Assembly: GCA_977016875.1 (NCBI GenBank)
Contig: CDRNST010000233.1
Span: 2,108,001-2,172,000, forward strand
DNA from: Pavona decussata
Taxonomy: Eukaryota
Direction: 5' to 3'
Length of the DNA: 64,000 nucleotides
Part shown: positions 39,085 to 49,141 of the stretch, piece by piece
Layout: every line of letters begins with the position of its first letter
Position numbering within the stretch: position 1 is the stretch's first letter
Program-made: the position numbers and the translations under genes
The notes under the pieces: generated by a model
Told to the model about the DNA's origin: nothing
The model's input: only the letters and a program-made list of their open reading frames with translations
The model's database searches: none

Positions 39085-39292
39085 GGAGGAGCACAGTTGG
39101 CGCAGTGAGAGAACGCTTTGATTCCAGGACTCGGCGTCATATATGGGTTTAATTTGTTGTTGGTTCTCGTTCTTGCTCCGAGGGTTTTTTTCCGGGTACT
39201 TCGGTTTCCACTTCTCCCTTCTCAAAAACCATTTCTTCCAAATTTCAATTCGATCTGGAGAGTGTCTCCTAGTAGAGCTCTGTGCTAAATGC
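39085..39292 (+). mobile_element. tRNA-derived SINE-like fragment
   Basis: Degenerate A/B boxes (tggcgcagtg, gattcc) followed by gttggttctcg...tttttccgggtacttcggtttcc...ccaaatttcaattcgatctgga body. An inverted fragment lies at ~23325-23395. Confidence 0.5.
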
Positions 39293-39481
39293 AATCAATA
39301 ATAAAGCGAATGTTAACTGAATTCAGTGTATCGGTCAATGATTTCTTGCGAAAGGTTAGCATCCTTAACAAATTCAAAGAAAATTAAAATAATTATAATT
39401 TATTTAAAAATAAATCAATTGTTAAAGTGCAAGATGTGTAAAGAGCAGCAAGGCGGTGTATATTTCTTTGAGAGAATAGCA

Positions 39482-39971
39482 GTGCCGGGAAACGGCACTG
39501 AAGAATTGTAACTCCAACCTGTTGCTAACATTCATTTCAAGTTCTTTCTCTGAAAATTAAACTAACAGGAACGAATTTTCTATTAAAAAACGAGAGCGTA
39601 CTGAAAGCGCTGTTTATTGTGATATTATTATTACATCAGGAGCATTTAGGAAGGAAGAAGATAGTTTGGTTCAACTCACTGGCCTCAAACAAAAAAGCTG
39701 AATAACAAAGTACTTCACTTTTTGTTCCGTTTCAGTGCCAAAACAAGTACATACGCCTCACACAGTCTAAAATAAACTCAACATTAAATTAATATAGATG
39801 TAACTTTTAGCAAGTGAGTAAAGATCTAGGCTAACAATAATGGACTAATTCTGTATATTCTGCAATATTTTTCAAGCATTTTCCGACGGTTTTGGGTGTT
39901 TGTGTTATAGACGTCATTGCGGTTTACCTCTGTGATATTTTTTCCGCGTTGTAAAAACTCTTTGTCACGAC
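39482..39971 (+). repeat. Direct repeat of the PLC upstream region (second copy 43010-43631)
   Basis: Collinear blocks caacctgttgctaacattcattt, gtgccaaaacaagtacatacgcctcaca, agacgtcattgcggtt...gttgtaaaaactct. Confidence 0.8.
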
Positions 39972-40419
39972 CTCTAAATCTGTAGTCTGCCGGGGGCTAT
40001 GTAATTCTACGTAGCAAGAAAGAGATCAGTCTTTTGACAGCTTATTAACGTAAGCAAAGCATCAGGAATGCTTTGCTAGGTTTCCGCGATTATTTTATAT
40101 AGTGACAACTAAAATAAGCTCATTTTCAAACTCATCTAGTAGTAAGTTATGCAATAGTTTGGTTCTCACAGCATAATTTTTATGTTTGGTTTAGTTGTAA
40201 TTTTTGCCTTAATTTTTCATATGTAAAGTGTCAGTTTTTGAGCTTGTCTGGTGTTCATCGTGAAGCATCCCTAGCCTGGTACTGCGCTGTTTCTAGCTGA
40301 TAAAAACTGACAAAGGAAATTGTTGTTGATCTGAACCTGGTAATGCACACTAATATAGCTAATAGTGCTCTGAAATTGGTTTATTTTAAGGCGATTTTTT
40401 ATACCGAACGATTTTTTAA

Positions 40420-41131
40420 GTTTTTCGAAATTGATTTAACTATAAAAGTTAACGTTAAAAGAGAACGACGTTTCGACCGTCCGACGGTCATTTTCAAGTT
40501 CAAAATGAGAAGTAAAATATGTGCTTATATACAATTGTGAAAAAACTAATGAGATACTGACTTAAAAAGTTCTAAGATATTCACATCTAAACAATATAAA
40601 AAATAATAGCGTGAATGATAAATACAAAGGCACGCTAAAAAACGATGTTGGCTTCACGAGTCGACACTTACATCAACGTGTGGAGGAACACAAACGATCA
40701 GCAATTGGCAATCATGTAAAGGACGAGCATGGACAGGATCCAGAGACCATTAAAAGCAACTTCAAAATCCTGAGAAAGTGTCAAAGCAAACTCGACTGCT
40801 TGATCTTCGACATATTGTTTATTCGCGACCTAAAGCCGAAACTGAACAAACAATGCGACTCGATCCGCGCGAAGTTATTTGTTTAATTATTTCACTTTTA
40901 AATACCTTTTAAATACCTTTTATCGTTTTTTAGCGTTCCTTTGTATTTATCATTCACGCTATTATTTTTTATATTGTTTAGATGTGAATATCTTAGAGCT
41001 TTTTAAGTCACTATCTCATTAGTTTTTTCACAACTGTATATAAGCACATATTTTACTTCTCATTTTGAACTTGAAAATGACCGTCGGACGGTGGAAACGT
41101 CGTTCTCTTTTAACGTCAACTTTTATAGTTA
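40420..41131 (+). mobile_element. 5'-truncated Penelope-like retroelement (GIY-YIG endonuclease C-terminus between inverted pseudo-LTRs)
   Basis: ORF remnant 40647-40886 VGFTSRHLHQRVEEH...IGNH...FKIL..LIFDILFIRDLKPKLNKQ. Inverted repeats 40437-40646 / 40922-41131, a 17-nt tail, and a 14-bp TSD gaacgattttttaa (40406-40419, 41132-41145). Confidence 0.9.
40463..40501 (-). ncRNA. Minimal hammerhead ribozyme motif with U3-A8 core variant (second copy + strand 41067-41105)
   Basis: gaac-UUGAAAA-u-gaccgu(cgg)acgguc-GAAA-cg-UC/guuc. The + copy has C->G at 41093, breaking the stem II closing pair. Confidence 0.65.
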
Positions 41132-41336
41132 GAACGATTTTTTAAACGTATAATTAAGTCAGTATTATCCGTGTTGCGGTAAAACATTCCAAGTATTTTT
41201 GTCTTCAAAAAACATGCAACGCGTTGCCGCAACAAAAGATTGCGCTAAAGGTTGTCTTCGTGCTATGTAACATTAAAAGTCGCTGTCAACTTGTAAAAGT
41301 GTTCTTTCTGCTGTCATAAATGCCAAGCACACATGT

Positions 41337-42634
41337 TTATGAAGAGTGTTCTACGTTTTCTCTGACCTCAGCTCCCGGAGGGGGGGGGGGGGGGTACTCC
41401 CTTTTATGGGCTATATAGGTATGTGCGGCGCCAAAGGGTATGGTTTTTCGGCTGTTTTGGTCATAAATAGGGTATCGCTTTTAGCCATTTTGCCGCCATT
41501 TTGGTAATAAATAGGGTATAAATTTTTGCACTCTAGTCCTGGGTTCGATTTTTTTTTAGAAGAAGCTACTTCAGGTCATAAATAGGGTAGTGAAAATCGC
41601 AGATTTTGGTCATAAATAGGGTAAGGGTTTTGGGAAGCGGGCCGCACACCCCTACCCAATATTTTTTGGAGTACCCCCCCCAGGCCTCAGCTAAGGCATC
41701 ACCTAGTTCCTTATGAGTAGCTTGCAACTGAAGATTTCGGATAATGGTAGAAAATGACACCGCTTTGCCGCGAAGCTTTCCATCAACTTCCTCTCCATAA
41801 AAGTGAAGAAAGTGTACAGCCTCATCTACGTCCACCTCACCAGTGTCATGATTAAAGATGTAGAAGAAGATTGGAGCACCAAAGGAACCTTTACAAGTAG
41901 CAATGGAGTGTTCAGCAAAGGGCTCTTTCACCACCAAGCATCCCAGTGTCATTTTGACCATACACCATATTCAGAAAGTAAACATGGGTGAGATTTGACT
42001 CCATTCCTCCAAACGACACTTGTTTACTTGCTCGATGTGGATGAGAGATAGCGAAAAGCCTCAGGGAACGCGAAAAAAGTGGAACTCCTTGGATCAGGAA
42101 ATCCGAAAGAGGAAACATTACGAAAGTTTTCTAATATGATGAAGGCTTTCATCTCCAAGGGCTCTACTTTTGCAAACTGAGTTTTCTGTTCGTCGTTTTC
42201 CAGCGGCTTCAAGTACAATAACGCATAATCCAAGAAGGCGTCTCTACGATCAAAGTACGAAGAAAGCAATCCCAGGGCGACATTACATTTGTCGATATCC
42301 GGTGTATCTTTTGTACCGTCTCCGAATAAATTTCCTTTCAGAGAACCCAGTAAGACATTTTTGCCTTTGTTCTTGTCTGGCGGTGAAGCACTTTCGATTT
42401 TAGCCACCTCGCGAGCTACTTGCACTAGTTGCACTACTTGGGTACTAGTATGGTTGCTCTTTTTATTCTTGCTTCTGGCTGTGAGGTTTATTCATCACTG
42501 TTTTCATGTTGTTGTTTAAGCTTATATCTCGGCGGTAACAAGTTTTCAATAAAATTCGCTGGTAAAATGTTCAAACCTACTAGCTCGTCTATTTCATCAA
42601 TGGTAGGTGCTTTATGGACTGTAAATTTTTGCAT
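41337..42634 (-). pseudogene. Intronless trypsin-like (Trypsin_2/FAM111-like) serine peptidase pseudogene
   Basis: Across ~3 frameshifts: AREVAKIE, LDYALLYL, ISHPHRASKQVSFG, HSIATCKGSFGAPIF, FLH. The catalytic GxSG is altered to GSFG, no His motif was found, and the 3' end is interrupted by the MITE at 41374-41684. Confidence 0.6.
41374..41684. mobile_element. CCCGG(G)n-GTACTCC MITE with 8-bp TSD
   Basis: TSD cctcagct (41366-41373, 41685-41692); termini ggggtactcc / ggagtacccc; internal repeat ttttggtcataaatagggta. Confidence 0.85.
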
Positions 42635-42811
42635 TTTCTTTGTTTTGACGTAAAAATTAAAGCCAAAAATTCAAATAACCCTCCCCGAGAAAAAATTTCG
42701 CGCACGGATTTTACCATGGCTACACTGAAGTAAGAATTTCTCTTTCAATCAGCGTACGATTTGTACTTTATCCGTTTACTCTCTCCAACAAAATGTCAGT
42801 ATCGCGATAAA

Positions 42812-42990
42812 AAACTAAATTCGATTTTGAGACGGCAATACGACTTTATATTGACGGCGTTGGGAGAAAATATATTCCGTATTGGGCTTCGTCGCTTCGC
42901 GACTCCGCCAAATACGGAATCTGTATATATTTTCTCCCAACTAGCCGTCAATATAAAGTCGTTTTGTCGTCTCAAAATCGAATTTAGTTT
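42812..42990. repeat. Foldback/palindromic element (~75-bp arms)
   Basis: aaactaaattcgattttgagacg...ccgtatt / aatacgg...cgtctcaaaatcgaatttagttt. Confidence 0.8.
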
Positions 42991-43063
42991 ATAATCTGAT
43001 GATGTGCAAGTGCCAGGAAACGGCATCGAAATGTTGCCGATCAACCTGTTGCTAACATTCATT

Positions 43064-43129
43064 TAGCCTGAGTATCAGGTTGGGAGAAAATATATTCCGT
43101 ATTGGGCGGAAGGCCTGATACTCAGGCTA
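43064..43129. mobile_element. 66-bp TIR mini-element with a locally copied interior
   Basis: 16-bp perfect TIR tagcctgagtatcagg / cctgatactcaggcta with duplicated flank taacattcattt. The empty site is present in the paralogous repeat at ~39520-39545. Confidence 0.75.
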
Positions 43130-43983
43130 ACATTCATTTCACGTTCTTTCTCTGCTAACTACAGAAACGAAAAAAAAAAAAAAATAAAAAACCAAAAACA
43201 ACAACAACAACAAAAAAAAGAACAAAAAACAAAACAAAACAAACAAGCAAACAAACAAAAATAAAACAACAAACAAGCAAGAGCGTATTGAAAGTGCTGT
43301 TTATTGTGCTGTAAACCGGCGACTAGCATATTGACTTTAAAATTATTAAACGGAGAGCATTTAGGAACTGGGAAAAACAAAGTTTGATTCAGCTCACTGA
43401 GCTCAAACAAAAAGGAAAAAAACAAAGTGCTTCACTTCAAGCTGTTCCGTGTCGGTGCCAAAACAAGTACATACGCCTCACAAAGCCTAAAATATAGATG
43501 TAACTTGAGTAAAGATCAAGGTCAACAATAATGGACAAATTCTGCGTATTCTGCAACATTAGACATGCTAGACGTCATTGCGGTTACCCCCGTGATATTT
43601 TTTCCTCGTTGTAAAAACTCTTGGTCACGACGGGAAATGGCAAAAAATTACCATGTTATGTGTAAGCGTTTTATGAATTATAGGCTTCATTTTACATAAT
43701 GAATGCAAAGAAACAAATGAGTGTTACCAGTGGTCTTTAAAAAGAAAAAAACTTGACAGGAAGGAAGAACATAGCTGAAATTGCTGAATGTTGTGGAATA
43801 TTTAAACTATCGGAGTGTGGCAAACGGGATTAATTGATGGCACGTAGGTAAATAAACAGTTGATTGATTAATTGGCTTTTTGCCTAGAAGGAAGAACAAA
43901 GCTGAAATTGCGGAATTTTAGCGAATATTCTCAGTATCGGGGTGTTGCAATCATTGATCGCTTCTAATCTATTCCTTTGCAAC

Positions 43984-46717
43984 ATGGCGGCACTACCGAC
44001 AAACTTTGGCCATATTCAAATGAAATTTGCCTCATTTGAACACAAACACATTGGGAAGTTTATCCGCCTGGAGATAAAAGAACTTACGCTTCCAAATGGT
44101 GTGTTGATTGAGTTTGAGGACATTATAGCTCTTGCTGGAGATTATTACGGTTTACCAAAACAACCAATTATTAATCCTTTGATCGTCGAAGAGGAGGATC
44201 CTGGCCGCGACCAGCGCTTCGCAGAAGCATTCGACACTCTGGCACGCGCCCCAAAGGATGAGCTACAGAGTGAGTTGGACAAGCTGTTAGAGACTCTAAA
44301 GAAAGAAACTGAACAACGTAAAAGTTTTGCCTCCAAAACATGGGACAAAATCACAGGTGGTATATGGGCTGGTCCTTTACCTTTGAAACATGGGAGGATG
44401 TTACAGCTAGCTGAGAATAATCACGATCATTTCCAACCTTATGCAAAGTATTCGTACCTTACTGGTCACCAGCTGGCGATAGACAAGGCACGAGAAGCTG
44501 GAAACTGTGGCGGGGACGAAGAGGAGAGGCTCCTTCATGAAGCACTTGCGATGGATGCGTTTGCCTGCCACTTTCTTACTGACGGTTTCGCGAGTGGACA
44601 CATCAGGTAATTACAAATCGAATGTGGTTTAGCGTTGTGTGCACATCTACAACGATATTCGTCATCACAGTGGTCGAACAAAGTCGTCCATGTTTGAGGG
44701 CGGAAAAAGGCATTGCGTGACAAGTTGACGCGAGCAGCATTGTCTAGACTCTTATCGACAACGGAAAATTAGCCAATTAGATTGCGAGATTAGAAACAGT
44801 TGTGGTAAAAATTATGTTAGCATAGTCATTCACTGTGTTTTTTTTATTTGTGTTTCTCGTTCCTTGACGATTTCATTTAAATAACTATGATAATTTAAAG
44901 ATACCGTAATTGAATGATTAGATGCTTTTTAGTGGTGGATGAGTCCACCACGGCCCGAAGAGCATTGTCTTTCACAAGCGTTTTCGGGACGAATAATTGG
45001 GTGGTCTTATTTACAGTTTTACCGACCGTGTCAGCCGGCTTTTTTCCAGCTAAAATGATTTAACAAGCGGTGAGGTATGTAGGTGCCCAGTGATTTTTCT
45101 CTATTTTTCCTTGATTGTTGTCGTCTTCTTCGCAAGCCTGTTCAATATGGTGGCTTTCCTTCACGTGCAACGATCAATGCCAGTACGCGTTTGCTTTTTG
45201 ACCTATAGCGGCCAATATCGTCTGGGTTCAAAGTGAAGAAATGACACCATCTTTTTTATGCAGTTACTCTTGGATTTTAAGGCATCGCACTCCATCGCAC
45301 CTCTCATCGTTTTTCTGCTATGTGTGATTTAAGTTTGGCGATTGTGAGAAACCAACTTGAGCGAGTCACGATTAATTATGACCTTTTTCCTTTTCCTTGT
45401 TTTGTCTCTAAGTTTACGGTTGCAGCTAAAACGGTGGCTACAACCAGCTGTTCTAAATGGCTTCCTATTTCACGTCAGGAAAAAAAATGTTGGGGATTCA
45501 ATGCCATGAGCCGTCGTTAGATATAACCTAAACTATCAGTCAGTCGACAAACAAACGGTAACTGGAGAAAAGTAATTGAACAAAGGGCCGAATATACCGA
45601 TTTTATGCCTTTTTGAAGTTAAAATTTTTCATTCCTTGAGATCCACACAGCGCGAAGGTTTGTTACAACTGAGCTGGAAACGACAACTCGCCCCAGCATG
45701 CGTTGTGGACCGTGTCCAACCAACCATTCCAAATTTGACATTTCTTTTGAAATTTAAAATGAAGTGGTTTAGTTTCAAAAGTTGAGATTCAAATAAACAT
45801 CCTAATCCTCTCGTTTGGAACGATTATGTAGCAATGTACTAATAACGTTTAAGTCAGTTTGCGCAACAATAAAGGGTGCCTTGTAATTCCATATAATTGT
45901 GGGGCTCGCACTATGGTAAAGGCAATGCTCGATTTGATTGACTGAGAATGAAAAGTAGGCAAGGAAATAGCCTGAATTGGACGCTGAACTGGGTAATAGG
46001 AGTGTACGGCTCTTTTAGTAGAAATTAGCTCCATACATTATTGGATAAAAAACAGACAAATAAACAATCAATTGTCCCATTAGAATGATTTGAGTTCAAA
46101 TCTTCAACATATACCCTTATGACATGTGATCGCATGTTTCATTTCGTATATCCATCGAAGTGCACTCTGTTGAGCTATTAGCTCTGATTAACATTAATAC
46201 TTATTTAACTGGCATTTATATGTCAGGTCATGTTATGAAATAAAATATATTTCCTTGCAGGACGCCACGAGTGCAGTTGGGAAGAGGAACTACCTTTGGC
46301 AAAGATGGCCATTTACTATGTTTGTGCATGCACGACGAAGACAACAAGTATGGCCTGCGTGTTACAAACAAACGGGGAGACAAGTGGATTGCATATGGCG
46401 ATGGAACGCTCCTAAATGAAGAGAGCAAAGATAACCTAAACATTGCAGTAGAGGCTGTTCAGACATCAGTTGATCAAGTGTATGAGGCTTACAGACAACC
46501 CGAGAAAACTATTTACCCTACTGCAGTGACCGATTTGATGCCATTTGTTGACCCAGATGAGAGAAACAACTCCCCCTTGTTCCAAGTGAAAGATGACAAA
46601 ATGCACAGGAGGTCAGACATCAGTGATCTTCAGGATGCAGAAACGGTTACCAATTGGTGGGGACCAACAACGCTCTCCATGCTACAGGTTTACAAACCAA
46701 AAAATTCGGCTATATAG
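43984..46717 (+). CDS. Zinc metallo-phospholipase C-like protein (Legionella PlcA/B/C - Pseudomonas/fungal PC-PLC type), 359 aa, 2 exons
   Basis: Exons 43984-44606 and 46261-46717 (phase 2, 1080 nt). Motifs FASFEHKHIG, IIALAGDYYG, LAENNHDHF, FACHFLTDGFASGHIRTPR, MHDEDNKYGLRVTNKRGDKWIAYGDG. No signal peptide. Confidence 0.85.
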
Positions 46718-49141
46718 ACTTGACTTGTGCTGAGCAGAAACTGTGTGATCCGTTTGATTTGTGTGATCTGTAAGTTTTAGGAACAAGTTGCTGGAATGTT
46801 TGTTACTTGTTCAGGCTATATCTGTTTATTATTTTCTCCTCTGTAATTTATATTAAAGAATAATGCAGTTGTGAAACAAAACATCGAGCAAAACAAAACA
46901 AAAACATCGCTGAAATGTTGTCAATGCCGATACCAGTAGGACAGATGACTTGGTTATCTGTTCAAAGTTTTTTTTCACTAGTACTTGTTCTCGTGGAGTA
47001 GTAACGTGTTATTTGTGTGATCTGCGAGTTTGGCAGCTAGCTACTGGAATGTTTGTCCCAATTTCTATATCTTCTAATAATTTTTGCCTCATTAACACAG
47101 ACACAGGTCTTACTTATAGCAAGGATCTGACAAACATAAAACAGAAATCGATAAACTCGTCAAGGGCCCGCTGGCACTATCAGGACAGAGAACTGATTGC
47201 ACTTCAGAGCCGGTCAATCTTGTGTATGCGATCAACTAAGTCATAGTATTAATTTAACAGACCGCTGGAGAAATGCAATCAAACCTTTACTGAACTTTTT
47301 CCATTCAGGGAATTTATTCGAGACAAATAAGACTTTAAAGAAAGTGTGTGCTCGGTATGCGCATAGCTGGTGCAATTACCAATGTTTTGCGCGCTGGTCA
47401 GGCTACTCATGCATTCGTCGTGGTCAAGTCGATCTTTATATGTCTCTATTTTCTTAGTATTAGATTTTCTTTTTCTTTTTTGGTGAAGTTTTATACAAGG
47501 CCGGTACATAGATAGTCTCATTTTATTGCTTACTGGAAAAGTGTGTTTGGTTTTTTATAATCATTAAAGTTTTAGGAGTGCTAAGTACGTGTCTTATTTG
47601 TTTTGGTTGCTGGACCTGACTGTATGTACATAGCATTCTTTTCTTTTCATGGAATAAGATCAGAGAACATCGCACCTGCCAAAAATAGGATAGCGCAGTT
47701 AAAGAAAAATAATTTCACAACTGTTAAAGCAAACTTAAAATAAATCTGACTTGCCTATTGTCACAAATGCAGGTGACGGAAAAGCTTGGAAGTCACAGAC
47801 GGGAACGTTTTCAAACAAGGTAACCAAAGCCAGCGAAAAAAAACTAAATATCGTCGGCTTACGCATTTTTTACCAAAGAAAACATTTCACATCCCGCTTA
47901 AAATGTCACATTTCAAACATTTCGTGATGCAGACGTTGTTTTCGAATGTTATATCCAATATAAAGTCAATTAAACGTCGATAACATTTTGCTTGATGGCC
48001 AACGTGAACAGTCTCCATGAGCCAATAGCTGGCCTATGAAAACTACTCTCCAAAGGCCACATGCTGTCATCAATAAAGTTATCATCACTTCATTGAAAAT
48101 TTCTCTACAGGAAGTCAATTTGTTATGCCTGTCTTTTTCTTGTCATGGAAATTTATAGTCTCGATAACACTGAAAATTTTAATAATTTTGTTCCAATTGT
48201 AGGAGATGTCGAAACAAAACATATAAACAAGAAAAGCTAATTATAATGATCAAACTTTTGCACATGAATGTACACCGTTTATGAAACTTCAAGCGCGGCC
48301 ACCGTTGTCATATATGAAAACTTCAAACATGTTTTCTTATTAATTTTAAAAAAAAAACGCAACGTGAGAAAAAACGGCAAATAGAATCTATTTTTGATGC
48401 TTTTGATTTTATTATACCTTTTTGTAAAAATTAAGGGAAATTGCGAATACATAGACATGATTCTTTAGCGTCACCCTAAGAGTCGACTAAGTGGTAGCAT
48501 GTTGATCAAACATTCATTCTAGATCATTCATGCGCAGCTGCCAATGAATTTTAGCGGAATCACATTTATCGGTCTCACACCGTTACATCATTTCGGTTAT
48601 CTATTATTTTCAGCCCAGTACTACCCTTGGAGGCAGTGATCGTGCCCAGGCATAACTTACTATTGAGTTCAAATTCTCAGGAATGACATTTCTTTTCATT
48701 CCCTTCCATTCCGTGTGATTTTGGTTTTAGCCGATTTATAGGTTTCTGTTGGGAAAGTGACGTCACAATCTCGCCGACACAATTTTAACGTCATTCCCAG
48801 GGTCCTCTCTCTTCCTCCCTCCCACATTTTAGACCCCTGGAAATGGGATCAAGTCAATGTTACTAAAAAGTGACCTTCTGGTAGTGCAAGCCACAATTGT
48901 ACATGTTTGGGATAAAGCAATCTCGTACCCCTTTTTGGTCAGCGGGTGGTCGCCACTAAAGACTCTGGAGAACTCGAAAAAATTTAAATGTTTTGATTGG
49001 CTGCCCCGTTACAGTTTGCATTGTTTTACCGCAGAAATCCTGCAGTAATAAAATTGCAGTTCCCCAGAGTCTCTCCTGGCAACAAACCGCTAGCCAAAGA
49101 GCCTGAGGACTCTGGGAACGAGATTGGGGATAAAGCCGTCC

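Noticed and set aside
42994-43045. CTGATGA...GAAA pattern
   Set aside because: No stem II adjoining the core and no stem I/III; chance match.
43984-46717. Bacterial contamination as the source of the PLC and DUF885 ORFs
   Set aside because: Spliceosomal introns interrupt conserved motifs and contain the same repeat types as the rest of the window.
46950-47521. Short ORFs downstream of PLC
   Set aside because: No recognisable motifs or consistent splice structure.
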